From Peptococcaceae bacterium (GTDB lineage Bacteria; Bacillota; Desulfotomaculia; Desulfotomaculales; JACDOK01): DNA of 64,000 nt. Position numbers and translations under genes: made by a program. Below are positions 9,434 through 18,652 of this stretch, piece by piece (position 1 is the first letter of the stretch; the number at the start of each line of letters is the position of its first letter). Under the pieces are notes generated by a model. The model was not told the DNA's origin. It ran no database searches and saw only the letters and a program-made list of their open reading frames with translations. The stretch is taken from assembly GCA_017656185.1 (NCBI GenBank), contig JACDOK010000001.1:64205-128204 (forward strand), given 5' to 3'.

Positions 9434-10033
9434 GTGTTACTGGGCACGCACGCCTTGATTGGCGCGTCAATTTACAGTATTTTACGCCGCTGGCCGTTTG
9501 TTATTGTGGCAGTGGTGGTAATAGCTTCCCATTTTGTCCTGGACTCCATTCCCCATTCCGACCTGTCATCTTTCATAGGACTACCTTCTTATACTTACTG
9601 GAAGATTTACCGCTTAATCATTAATATAGGAACCATCGGCTTCTTAACCTGGCTGACGATACAAACTAACAATTTCAGACCCATTACGTATGGCGTTTTG
9701 GCCACCATACCCGACTTTTTTCTGCATATCCCCTTAGTGGCAAGACTTCACGCCGCCTTCAACAACCAGGTGGACTGGGCCCAGGGACTTTACGCCTACT
9801 TTGGTTCTTCCCGCAGCATCAGCCCCGACACCCCTGCCTACCGGGCCATAGTGCCAGCAAGTCAACTGCAGGAAACCCCTTGGTTCTGGATCGGGCAAAC
9901 CGCCATGCTTCTCTGTGAACTGTCCGTTATTTTAATTGGAATATCCCTTTTGATGAGTTTTTTGGCGTGGTCCAACAAGCACCGTGCCAAGTTCGTTTCC
10001 CGTGCCACTATGGCGCGTTATAAGGAACATTGA
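9434..10033 (+). CDS. Polytopic membrane protein (possibly YdjM/DUF457-like metal-dependent hydrolase)
   Basis: 199 aa with 4-5 TM segments. N-terminal LGTHALIG and His-containing helices. The family assignment is weak. Confidence 0.4.
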   Translation: MLLGTHALIGASIYSILRRWPFVIVAVVVIASHFVLDSIPHSDLSSFIGLPSYTYWKIYRLIINIGTIGFLTWLTIQTNNFRPITYGVLATIPDFFLHIPLVARLHAAFNNQVDWAQGLYAYFGSSRSISPDTPAYRAIVPASQLQETPWFWIGQTAMLLCELSVILIGISLLMSFLAWSNKHRAKFVSRATMARYKEH

Positions 10034-10132
10034 CGAACATTAACGGTCTCAAAACCCCCGGATTAGGTTCTATCTTTGATAAACTATATATAATCATTTA
10101 ACTGGTACGGCTCAGTGCCGGAGGTGAGAACT

Positions 10133-10219
10133 ATGGAGTTTACTGATATCGTTACCACGGTGGCCGTGGCCGCTGTGATATTGTTTATAATCCGGAAAAT
10201 AGCCCGTGGCGGCGGCTGA
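10133..10219 (+). CDS. Candidate 28-aa hydrophobic micropeptide
   Basis: GGAGGTG lies 6 nt before the ATG. Sequence MEFTDIVTTVAVAAVILFIIRKIARGGG has a single TM and a basic tail. Too short for any independent support. Confidence 0.25.
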   Translation: MEFTDIVTTVAVAAVILFIIRKIARGGG

Positions 10220-10302
10220 TGTTAACGGTAAGATGCCGGTACGGCATCACACGAATTGCGCTTTGAAAAATACGGCGTGCGGAGGACATCTTTGACAGGC
10301 AC

Positions 10303-10602
10303 TTAATGAATAGTGCCGTCCTCCTCTTCCTCATCGTGTTCGGGAAATTCCTCATCCAACAGCTGCGTATACCTGGAGGGGATTTCTACCTCCCGCTCGG
10401 GACCTTCTTTCAGCTTAAAGCGCAGCACGTACCCGTCACCCGTATCTTTCCTGCGCGGCCTCCAGTACTCCAATACCGTTCCTTCTTCCTCACTATAGGA
10501 TAACACTGTTTCCTCACACCATTTAAAAAATTCTTCTCTGATTTGGTTATTCTTTTCAAACACCGCTATACCCCCTCTCTTGTGTACAAGCCGCTTACCC
10601 AT
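10303..10602 (-). CDS. Hypothetical acidic protein
   Basis: 99-aa ORF with no recognisable domain. Confidence 0.35.
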   Translation of the reverse strand: MGKRLVHKRGGIAVFEKNNQIREEFFKWCEETVLSYSEEEGTVLEYWRPRRKDTGDGYVLRFKLKEGPEREVEIPSRYTQLLDEEFPEHDEEEEDGTIH

Positions 10603-10683
10603 ATGTTACCACATTTTGGACTTATGTAACCACATACTTACTCCCTGAAGGGAAATAATACCGTTACTGAAAGACGGGTAGGG

Positions 10684-11133
10684 GTGATTATGGATATAGC
10701 CCACTGGGAGATAGCGATAAGGCTGGCAGGGTCGTTCCTGCTGGGTGTTTTGATCGGATACGAACGGGAACGCCGGCACAAACCGGCAGGTTTAAGAACC
10801 CACGCCTTGGTCTGCCTAGGAGCGGCGTTTTTCACTTACATCAGTATTTATGGTTTTCCACGGGTGGAAGTAACGCCCGGTATGGGAGACCCTGCCCGTG
10901 TCGCCGCCCAGATTGTCACCGGGGTCGGCTTCATCGGCGGCGGCATTATCTTCAAAGACCGGGACCGCATTAGAGGCATAACCACCGCCGCCAGCATCTG
11001 GCTGGCGGCCGCCATCGGAATGGGCATGGGCACGGGCCTCTACGTCCCTACCATTCTGGCGGCGGGTATAGCACTGGCTGGCCTGCGTCTTGACCGTATT
11101 CTCCGCCGTTTAGACCACGACGACGGCGATTAA
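10684..11133 (+). CDS. MgtC/SapB family membrane protein
   Basis: N-terminal RLAGSFLLGVLIGYERERRHKPAGLRTHALVCLGAA is the MgtC family signature. Confidence 0.8.
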   Translation: MIMDIAHWEIAIRLAGSFLLGVLIGYERERRHKPAGLRTHALVCLGAAFFTYISIYGFPRVEVTPGMGDPARVAAQIVTGVGFIGGGIIFKDRDRIRGITTAASIWLAAAIGMGMGTGLYVPTILAAGIALAGLRLDRILRRLDHDDGD

Positions 11134-11216
11134 GCCAAACAAAAGCTATTTTATCTTTTCCCCCCCCCTGTGATAAGATGATAGTATGGTTATGCTTGGA
11201 CTGGGGGGGGAAAGTA

Positions 11217-11996
11217 ATGCAGAGTAAAATCGCAGAAGCCTTGTGCTTGCGGTACAATCCGGTAGCAGTATTGTGGACCAATGAAAAACCTACCGGTGCC
11301 CTTCAATTCAAAGAGGGAAGGTGGGGTTGTGTCGTAGCCATGCTCGTGGCTGCCGCTAAGGGGCAAGTTGCCGTTTTCGACCGCAAGACGTTTGGCTGCT
11401 TGGGAGGGGGTACCGGCCTGGGTTTCGGCAACCAGTATGTAAATTTCCCCGGCGGTATCGAGTATTTTCTTTCCACAGGTAATCAGGAATTTGCAAAAAC
11501 TCAAGAAGGGCAAAAGATGGTTAGAAATACTCCTGCCCTGCAGCATGGTGAAAGATACATTAAAAATCCTCAACTAGCTAAAAAATTTGTAGACTCGCTT
11601 CCTATGATAGATGTACCTACAGAGTTTATTGTTTTAAAGCCGTTACAGAACGTCACCGAAGATGAAAAACCTAAGGGGGTCGTTTTCCTGGTCACTCCTG
11701 ACCAGCTCTCGGCCTTGGTGGTATTGGCACACTACGCACGCGGAACCAACTACAACGTCGTGGCCCCCTTTGGCGCCGGATGCCAGACATGCGGTATCTT
11801 CGCTTATAAAGAAAGCGAGTCGGATCAACCGCGAGCTATTATCGGGTTAACCGACATCTCTGTTAGAAACAAGGTTGACCGGGATATCCTCTCATTTACG
11901 GTCCCTTATAAAATGTATCTCGAAATGGAAGATAATGTCGAAGGAAGCTTCCTGGAATTAGCTACCTGGCGTAAAGTTATTACACGAAATACTTGA
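11217..11996 (+). CDS. DUF169 domain protein
   Basis: ATG at 11217 follows a G-rich RBS. MQSKIAEALCLRYNPVAVLW...WGCV is typical of DUF169. Confidence 0.65.
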   Translation: MQSKIAEALCLRYNPVAVLWTNEKPTGALQFKEGRWGCVVAMLVAAAKGQVAVFDRKTFGCLGGGTGLGFGNQYVNFPGGIEYFLSTGNQEFAKTQEGQKMVRNTPALQHGERYIKNPQLAKKFVDSLPMIDVPTEFIVLKPLQNVTEDEKPKGVVFLVTPDQLSALVVLAHYARGTNYNVVAPFGAGCQTCGIFAYKESESDQPRAIIGLTDISVRNKVDRDILSFTVPYKMYLEMEDNVEGSFLELATWRKVITRNT

Positions 11997-12058
11997 GGTA
12001 CGGCCCGGCTTCCTGGCCGGGCTTCTTCCCGGCTTCGCCGACAAGAGCCAGTTTTGCC

Positions 12059-13471
12059 TTATGCTTTCAACTGTGCGCCCGGCAAAGCCCGTTTCGGGCA
12101 TACATCACCGCACCGCAAACAAGTGATACACTCGCTGCTGTCTATAACCGGTAAGTTCGTTCCAGAGTCAACGTACCTAATGGCATTCATAGCACACGAG
12201 CCACGGGTGCAGAGCCCGCATCCCATGCACTTATGAGCATCCGGGCTGATTTTGCGCAGTGCTGTTTTGGACGTTAGAACGAGAACCGCCCCAAGAGGAC
12301 ACGCGTACCTGCAGAAAGGCCGTTCAATAAGCAGTGAAAATAAAAGCGTTGCGAGCAGAATAATGGTGGCAACAGCTGTACCTCGGAAATTAAAAAGCAC
12401 TTTAAAGGGTTCATAATCACCCCAGATATAAGTTCCGGTTGCCAGTGTAAGATAGCCAAATACTATAAGAACCACAAACTTAAGGTATTTCAGATATCTA
12501 TCCGCCTTATCGGGAACCCTTATGCGAAGTTTTCCGACATGAATGAACTCCTGTACAGCACCAAGCGGGCAGGTCCACCCGCAGAATACCCTTCCCCATA
12601 AAATGGAAATGGCCACCGGAATAATAAACAACCCTACCGCATTACCTAAAAACATACTGAATACGGCACCTACCGGGCCGGGACACCCTCCCAGATAAAA
12701 GCCCAAGACCATAACACTTAAAATTAACAGTGGTTTCCGCAGCTGTTCCAGCTTCAAAAGATAGAGGATTAGACCGGTAAGGATAAAACCGTACCACAAA
12801 TTGAAGTGTAAAGAGGTCGGGAAGATTTTTTCAAGCCGCGACTGGCCGGCCGCAGCAGCGCGCTCCATTTCGCCGGGCGGCACGCTCTCTGCCCTTTCAC
12901 CGTCAGTTGGAGGATTATACGAACTGCCGGGAATGTTACCTGGTGAGACGGGTGCAGGCGGGGCACCGCGCCTGTAGCCTCTCCGCCCTTTTCCCTTGGA
13001 GGCGTCACCTGCTTCATTTTCAGATCGTTCCTGCGTAGCAGGTTGTTTTTCTGATTCCGCTATCTGGGGCGAGGGTACGACTTCCGTTTGGCCCGAGGTC
13101 CCGTCCTGAGCAGCAAGAACGGTGCCTTTAGCCTCTATAACCATCAGGCCTTCCTTGTCACAATACCGCTCAACATGTACAACTGCTTCACCAGGATCGG
13201 TAAACTGCACCGTAAAGTTTAGAATGTCGGGATTCCCGGTTTGCCACGTACCGCGATCGGTAATTTCTCCACCGGTTACCTTTATGGATGTATCTTCCAA
13301 GGGTACGTCACACCGGCGGTGGGTTTGATACCTTTCCAGCTTAAAGGTAATTGTTTCATCTTTATCCACGGTAAAGGTACTTGGCGTTAATTCCATTTCA
13401 CATGCCAGCACTTTTCCGGGGGAAATAATGAAAAAAAGACATACCGCAAGCAATATAACGCCCTTTTTCAT
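12059..13471 (-). CDS. Membrane polyferredoxin-like 4Fe-4S binding protein with an extracytoplasmic N-terminal domain
   Basis: ATG at 13471 follows GAGGTG. Has a signal peptide, a low-complexity Gly/Pro/Arg linker, about 5 TM segments with CxxxCP motifs, and a C-terminal 2x[4Fe-4S] motif (CMGCGLCTRGSC ... CITCLRCGDVCP). Confidence 0.6.
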   Translation of the reverse strand: MKKGVILLAVCLFFIISPGKVLACEMELTPSTFTVDKDETITFKLERYQTHRRCDVPLEDTSIKVTGGEITDRGTWQTGNPDILNFTVQFTDPGEAVVHVERYCDKEGLMVIEAKGTVLAAQDGTSGQTEVVPSPQIAESEKQPATQERSENEAGDASKGKGRRGYRRGAPPAPVSPGNIPGSSYNPPTDGERAESVPPGEMERAAAAGQSRLEKIFPTSLHFNLWYGFILTGLILYLLKLEQLRKPLLILSVMVLGFYLGGCPGPVGAVFSMFLGNAVGLFIIPVAISILWGRVFCGWTCPLGAVQEFIHVGKLRIRVPDKADRYLKYLKFVVLIVFGYLTLATGTYIWGDYEPFKVLFNFRGTAVATIILLATLLFSLLIERPFCRYACPLGAVLVLTSKTALRKISPDAHKCMGCGLCTRGSCAMNAIRYVDSGTNLPVIDSSECITCLRCGDVCPKRALPGAQLKA

Positions 13472-13572
13472 CACAGCACCTCGCTGAAGTCCTCGGGGTT
13501 CTCCCATACATAGTACCGCAAAAATGTGTCCAAATAGTGAACAAGGCTGAAAAGTTTTTGACAAAACTTGTC

Positions 13573-13600
13573 TTGACGCCTTGTTGGAAGATTATATAAT
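13573..13600 (+). promoter_or_regulatory. Sigma-70-type promoter candidate (TTGACG-16 nt-TATAAT)
   Basis: TTGACG at 13573-13578 and TATAAT at 13595-13600. It lies about 370 nt upstream of the inositol-3-phosphate synthase start. Confidence 0.45.
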
Positions 13601-13655
13601 AAAATTAAAGAGGTATCGGATTGGTATTATCACCTTTTTGATTCTACGTTAAGTA

Positions 13656-13780
13656 GGGAGTGTTTATATTAAAGTAGGACAAAAACAGCAGATACTCATG
13701 TTGTCGTTGGCCAAGTTGTTCTTGTAATGGCTAAAGTCGGTAACACTCCCGATGAAAATATCGGGAGTTTTTCATTTTTT
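13656..13780 (+). promoter_or_regulatory. Leader with mutually exclusive antiterminator/terminator structures upstream of the DIP operon
   Basis: Terminator: ACTCCCGAT (13745-13753), 6-nt loop, ATCGGGAGT (13760-13768), then TTTTCATTTTTT. Upstream GGGAGTGTT (13656-13664) is perfectly complementary to AACACTCCC (13742-13750), which is the 5' arm of the terminator. Confidence 0.55.
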
Positions 13781-13968
13781 CAACACAATAGAAAGGGGGG
13801 ATCCACACAACCTGGACAACTGCCCGGAAACTTTCCTTTTGCCTTGCTCCAAGCTGTTTAATTTTAGCGGCCTGCAACCGTGGGCCCAACCTTCCATCAA
13901 CCCTACCGGCTTTACCTACAACATTTTCTACCATTTTTTAACTACAACTTAACAGAGGAGGGAACAAC

Positions 13969-15060
13969 ATGGGTAAAATAAACCTGGCCATTGCGGGTGT
14001 AGGTAACTGTGCCAGTGCGCTGCTCCAAGGCATTGAAATGTACAAAAACTCACCTGAGAATACCATCGGGCTGATGCACTATAACCTGGGCGGGTATACA
14101 CCCGGCGATATCAATGTCGTTGCTGCCTTCGACGTGGACAAGCGCAAAGTAGGGAAACCTCTTAAAGAGGCAATATTTGCCAAGCCGAACTGCACAAAGA
14201 TCTTCTACGAAAATTTACCGGACTATCCCGTCACCGTGCAAATGGGATCTGTTCTGGACGGCGTGTCTGAACACATGAGTGATTATGATGAAGACAAAAC
14301 ATTTATGGTCGCCGACCAAGAGCCCTGCGATGTAGTAAAAATACTTAAGGAAAGCGGTGCAGAAATCTTAATCAACTACCTGCCGGTGGGATCGGAAAAG
14401 GCGGCCCGGTTCTACGCCGAAGCGTGTCTGGAAGCCAATGTGGGCTTTATTAACGCCATGCCGGTCTTTATAGCCTCCGATGAGGAATGGGCCGAAAAGT
14501 TCCGGCGGAAAAACATTCCCATTATCGGTGACGATGTAAAAAGCCAGGTAGGAGCAACCATTGTCCACCGCACGCTGGCCAAGCTGTTTGAAAACCGTGG
14601 TGTTGTTCTCGATCGTACTTACCAGTTAAACTTCGGTGGGAACACTGACTTTTTGAATATGCTCAACCGCAGCCGGCTGAAATCCAAGAAAAAGTCAAAA
14701 ACCCAGGCCGTGCAGGCCGAACTGGAAACCCCGCTGGCTGCCGAAAACATCTATATCGGTCCCAGCGATTACGTGCCCTGGCTCAATGACAACAAAATCT
14801 GCCACATCCGGATGGAAGGAAGGGGCTTCGGCAACGTTCCACTGACACTGGATGTCAAGCTTTCCGTCGAGGACTCACCCAATAGCGGAGGCGTAACCAT
14901 CGACGCCATCCGGTGCATGAAGCTGGCTCTAGACCGGAAAATCGGTGGTGTACTCACCTCAATATCCGCCTATACTATGAAATCACCGCCCGTACAGTAT
15001 ACCGATACCGAAGCCAAGAAAATGGTAGAAGAATTCATCGCCGGCAGGAGGGAGAGGTAG
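13969..15060 (+). CDS. ino1: myo-Inositol-1-phosphate (inositol-3-phosphate) synthase
   Basis: 363 aa of the prokaryotic short type. N-terminal NAD-binding GKINLAIAGVGNCASALLQG. RBS GAGGAGGG. Confidence 0.85.
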   Translation: MGKINLAIAGVGNCASALLQGIEMYKNSPENTIGLMHYNLGGYTPGDINVVAAFDVDKRKVGKPLKEAIFAKPNCTKIFYENLPDYPVTVQMGSVLDGVSEHMSDYDEDKTFMVADQEPCDVVKILKESGAEILINYLPVGSEKAARFYAEACLEANVGFINAMPVFIASDEEWAEKFRRKNIPIIGDDVKSQVGATIVHRTLAKLFENRGVVLDRTYQLNFGGNTDFLNMLNRSRLKSKKKSKTQAVQAELETPLAAENIYIGPSDYVPWLNDNKICHIRMEGRGFGNVPLTLDVKLSVEDSPNSGGVTIDAIRCMKLALDRKIGGVLTSISAYTMKSPPVQYTDTEAKKMVEEFIAGRRER

Positions 15061-16391
15061 TGCGCGCGGTCATCCTCGCTGCCGGCGAAGGTAGGAGGCT
15101 AAGCCCGCACTTCAGCGGGCCCAAGCCTCTTGTCTCATTATTAGGCCTTTCTTTAATTGAGCGAAATATCCTTTCTTTGCGGGAATGCGGTATCAAAACC
15201 TTTACCATTATCACCGGCTGCTGCTCCGGTGAAATAGAAAGCTACCTGGGAGACGGAAGCAAGTACGGAGTAAATATCACCTACCTGCATAACTCCGACT
15301 GGAAACTGGGCAACGGCGTATCGGCATTTACCTTCCACAAAGATTACCGCGACGGAGAAAAATTTATTTTGACAATGTCCGACCATATTTTTGAACTCGA
15401 TGTCCTTAAATCCTTCCTAAAAAGCGCAGAAAATATAACAGAAGACGAAATTTTATTAGCTGCCGATACACGCCTGCAGGATGTTTTTGATTTAGCTGAG
15501 TGTACGAAAATAAAAGCAGAACAAGACCGTGCCGTTATACTCGGTAAAAACCTAAAGGACTTTAACGCCGTCGACTGTGGCCTTTTCGCCGGTACCAAAG
15601 CACTTTTACAAGCTCTTTCGGAAGCAATTTCCCAATCCCGCTACGCTCTTACCGACACCGTGAATATCCTGGCCGCCCGGCGCCGGGTGAAACTGCACTT
15701 TATAGACGGTTTTTGGGTTGATGTGGACGATCTTCCCAGTTACCGGTATGCCGAAAAAGTTCTCCTTAAGTCCCTGGTACCACCCAAAGACGGTATCGTC
15801 TCCCGTGTCTTAAACCGGAAGGTTTCACTTAAAATAACAAAGGTTTTAGCCCGTACCGGCATTACACCCAATCAGGTAACCTTCTTGTCTTTTTTAATTT
15901 CCTCAGTCTCAGCGGCCCTGTTCGCCGCCGCGTACCCGCTGCTTGGGGGGCTTTTAGCCCAGCTGAGTTCGATTATCGACGGGGTAGATGGCGAAATTGC
16001 CCGTCTCAAATTCCAAAAAAGCAATTACGGAGCGCTCTTTGATGCCATTTTGGACCGCTATGCCGATTTTTTGATCGTTTTGGGCATGGCCTATGCCTGG
16101 TATTCGGCGGCACCAAGTCTTCCCGTCCTGCTGGTATGCGCGGCCGCGCTGACCGGGCTGCCCTTATCCATGCTGCTCAAAGAAAAATTCCATGCCCTGA
16201 CCGGCAGGCCCTTTATACCCGAATCCCACGACGGCATCTTTCGCTACCTGCCGGCCAACCGCGACGGGCGACTGTTCATTATCATGCTGGGCGGTATTTT
16301 CAATTTGATACCCCTCACCCTTATTGTCCTTGGCGCAATCACGCACATCCAGGCCCTGGTACGCCTTTATAACGCCCGTAAATTAATGTAA
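15060..16391 (+). CDS. Bifunctional CTP:inositol-1-phosphate cytidylyltransferase / di-myo-inositol-phosphate-phosphate synthase (IPCT/DIPPS)
   Basis: GTG at 15060 overlaps the ino1 TAG by 1 nt. N-terminal nucleotidyltransferase motif AVILAAGEGRRL. The C-terminal half has about 6 TM segments and an exact CDP-alcohol phosphotransferase signature, DGEIAR-x8-G-x3-D-x3-D (DGVDGEIARLKFQKSNYGALFDAILDRYAD). Confidence 0.75.
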   Translation: MRAVILAAGEGRRLSPHFSGPKPLVSLLGLSLIERNILSLRECGIKTFTIITGCCSGEIESYLGDGSKYGVNITYLHNSDWKLGNGVSAFTFHKDYRDGEKFILTMSDHIFELDVLKSFLKSAENITEDEILLAADTRLQDVFDLAECTKIKAEQDRAVILGKNLKDFNAVDCGLFAGTKALLQALSEAISQSRYALTDTVNILAARRRVKLHFIDGFWVDVDDLPSYRYAEKVLLKSLVPPKDGIVSRVLNRKVSLKITKVLARTGITPNQVTFLSFLISSVSAALFAAAYPLLGGLLAQLSSIIDGVDGEIARLKFQKSNYGALFDAILDRYADFLIVLGMAYAWYSAAPSLPVLLVCAAALTGLPLSMLLKEKFHALTGRPFIPESHDGIFRYLPANRDGRLFIIMLGGIFNLIPLTLIVLGAITHIQALVRLYNARKLM

Positions 16392-16395
16392 AACA

Positions 16396-17295
16396 TCATC
16401 CCACCGCGCCTCCTCCGCCGGTACCACTACCGGCACTCTCGACGCAGGGTACAGCGCGTCTTTTGGTAAAAACATGGTTGCACAAGCCAAACTCCTCCAG
16501 CAAGGCCAGGGCCTCATCAATATGGTCTCCCAAATCCTCCGGGGAGTGCGCGTCGGAGCCGACAGTGAAAATCGTAACTCCTGCTTCTACCGCCAGGGAA
16601 ATTATTTCCCGCGAAGGGTGAAACTCCTTTACCCCCCTGCGCAAACTGGAGGTGTTTATCTCCAGCCCCATATTCCTTCGCGCCATCTCCTTTAAAATGG
16701 GCTCGATAACCCCGCGGTGAACGGTTAAAATTTCCGAGCCGTAGTGCTTTATCCCGTATCTCTTGTAAAGGTCCAGGTGGGCTATACAATCAAAAAAGCC
16801 GGTATTAACGGCCTCCCGGAGGGTAGTAAAGTAATCCTCCCGAACTTCAGCCGGGCTCCGGGAGGCAAAATACTGCGGGCTTTCCATCATGGAAGATATT
16901 GCAATGTGGTCGAGACAATGTATGGCTCCCAGTACGAAATCAAAAGGATAATCCTTTAAAACTCTTTCGATCTCTCTTTCTAGGCCGATATCATACCCGA
17001 CTTCTATGCCGGCTTTCACCTTTAAACCCGTATCCTTAAACTCCCGCTGTGCATCCTCAATTTCTTTAAAATAAGCCTCAAGCCACATCAGGTCGTGGGC
17101 CGGATGCCTTTTACCGTCAAGGATGACAAAATTATCTATGTCGCGCCGCACGGGGTCAAATTCAAAGTGAGTCGTAAAACAAATCTCCCTAAGCCCCAAC
17201 TCAACCGCCCGGCGGCAGTAATCCCTTATTTCAACCGGAGAAGCATCTATGGAATAACCCGGGTGCACGTGGTAGTCGGTCCTTACGGATTTCAC
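16396..17295 (-). CDS. PHP-domain phosphatase, histidinol-phosphatase (HisJ) family
   Basis: N-terminal DYHVHPGYSIDA, with further His/Asp metal ligands (HCLDH, AHLD, GSDAH). Confidence 0.7.
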   Translation of the reverse strand: MKSVRTDYHVHPGYSIDASPVEIRDYCRRAVELGLREICFTTHFEFDPVRRDIDNFVILDGKRHPAHDLMWLEAYFKEIEDAQREFKDTGLKVKAGIEVGYDIGLEREIERVLKDYPFDFVLGAIHCLDHIAISSMMESPQYFASRSPAEVREDYFTTLREAVNTGFFDCIAHLDLYKRYGIKHYGSEILTVHRGVIEPILKEMARRNMGLEINTSSLRRGVKEFHPSREIISLAVEAGVTIFTVGSDAHSPEDLGDHIDEALALLEEFGLCNHVFTKRRAVPCVESAGSGTGGGGAVG

Positions 17296-17550
17296 AGTTC
17301 TTTTTACTCCTTTGAAAAACCCCTCTGAAAAAACAATATTAATATAAAGAACACAAAAAGATCAACAGCCCCAAAATGCCATTTTTAGATCTTTATGTTG
17401 CTAAACACAAGACTGGTAATCCTTATAAACAGGCTGTAAAATGCCAAAGATAAATAATGCGCTGCTCCTGCAGTGCTTTTTAGCACTTTTAGCCCCCTTT
17501 TCCTAGGGGCAACATCAAAATACGATAGAATTTGAAATGCACTCTTCCCT

Positions 17551-18328
17551 CTTTCAGTCCCCTATTTATCGGGTCACTAGCTGAAACGGGACGATGGCCT
17601 GCCGGGGCCCCGCCGTTTGGGTACCTTTCAGTCCCCTATTTATCGGGTCATTAGCTGAAACTATGAATGTCCTAATTGTGGCTTTGACAGTCTTGACGTC
17701 TTTCAGTCCCCTATTTATCGGGTCATTAGCTGAAACCGCCCTCTCCACCGACGCAGGCCGCGAGATACTGGAGCCTTTCAGTCCCCTATTTATCGGGTCA
17801 TTAGCTGAAACCACGACCGTAAAAGGTTGAAAAGATGGTATAATGATACTTTCAGTCCCCTATTTATCGGGTCATTAGCTGAAACGTAAAACGGAAGTGC
17901 TTACTTTAGCCAGCGACATGGACTTTCAGTCCCCTATTTATCGGGTCATTAGCTGAAACTAAACCTCCACGCGTGTACAAGTTGAACTTCCTTTCTTTCA
18001 GTCCCCTATTTATCGGGTCATTAGCTGAAACCAAGGTTTGGAAATTGAAATTTGTGGTAGCTGGATTTCTTTCAGTCCCCTATTTATCGGGTCATTAGCT
18101 GAAACCTTGGTTTAGGCGTATTGTGGTTTATTTCAGTAGTGTCTTTCAGTCCCCTATTTATCGGGTCATTAGCTGAAACGGCGATACTCCAGATAAAGTA
18201 CCCGCCGAAATTAAACCTTTCAGTCCCCTATTTATCGGGTCATTAGCTGAAACGAAAAAGAAACAGAAAGAAACAGCTTCAACAATAGATACTTTCAGTC
18301 CCCTATTTATCGGGTCATTAGCTGAAAC
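17551..18328. CRISPR. CRISPR array: 11 repeats of 37 bp and 10 spacers of 35-38 bp
   Basis: Repeat CTTTCAGTCCCCTATTTATCGGGTCATTAGCTGAAAC starts at 17551, 17625, 17700, 17775, 17849, 17923, 17995, 18069, 18143, 18217 and 18292. Only the first copy varies (T>C at 17577). All spacers are unique. The transcribed strand is unresolved (see findings). Confidence 0.97.
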
Positions 18329-18342
18329 AGACCGCGATGGCC

Positions 18343-18370
18343 GAGAAAAAACCCTTGAACGATAAGGGTT
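18343..18370 (-). terminator. Intrinsic terminator ending the cas operon, 15 nt from the last CRISPR repeat
   Basis: Minus strand reads AACCCTT-ATCGTTC-AAGGGTT followed by TTTTCT. Confidence 0.55.
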
Positions 18371-18652
18371 GGCAGGGTTGGTATAACCAAATGAACTGCC
18401 CATTTTTTCGAAGACACGTTTTCTGCATCAAAACCCCCTTCTTTTGCGAAGCTATAAAAAACTTCTGCAAACCAACAACCATAAATGTTTTGCTGGCCCT
18501 ACCCGTTCAGAAGGACATAGGGTAATAGAGAGTTTGGATGGTCTTCCCAAATCCATTTGCGAAATTCTATGTAATTTTCCATATAATCTTGGCTATTAAG
18601 ATATTTTTGCTAGTGTTTCCTTAATTCCTGTCTGGTAGACCAACTTTTCAAC

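Noticed and set aside
14913-15059. N-terminal extension of the IPCT/DIPPS ORF overlapping the end of ino1
   Set aside because: The extension is the ino1 3' end read in another frame. A GTG at 15060, preceded by GGAGGGAGAGG, begins exactly at the conserved nucleotidyltransferase N-terminus.
17588-18291. Possible self-targeting or prophage-matching spacers
   Set aside because: I saw no protospacer match within this window by inspection, but a systematic search was not possible. It needs BLAST of the 10 spacers against the genome and virus databases.
18355-18360. TTGAAC 26 nt beyond the last true CRISPR repeat, as possible evidence that the TTGAACAAA next to both pseudo-repeats is a conserved leader motif
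   Set aside because: The distances from the repeat end differ (2, 19 and 26 nt). The array-side copy is part of the terminator stem. The similarity is limited to 6 nt.
17566-18403. ORF-track entries 17566..17814(-), 17594..17830(+) and 18158..18403(-) with internally repetitive peptides (SANDPINRGLK..., FSPLFIGSLAET...)
   Set aside because: They are translations of the CRISPR repeats. The periodic peptide repeats mirror the 37-bp repeat, so they are not genes.
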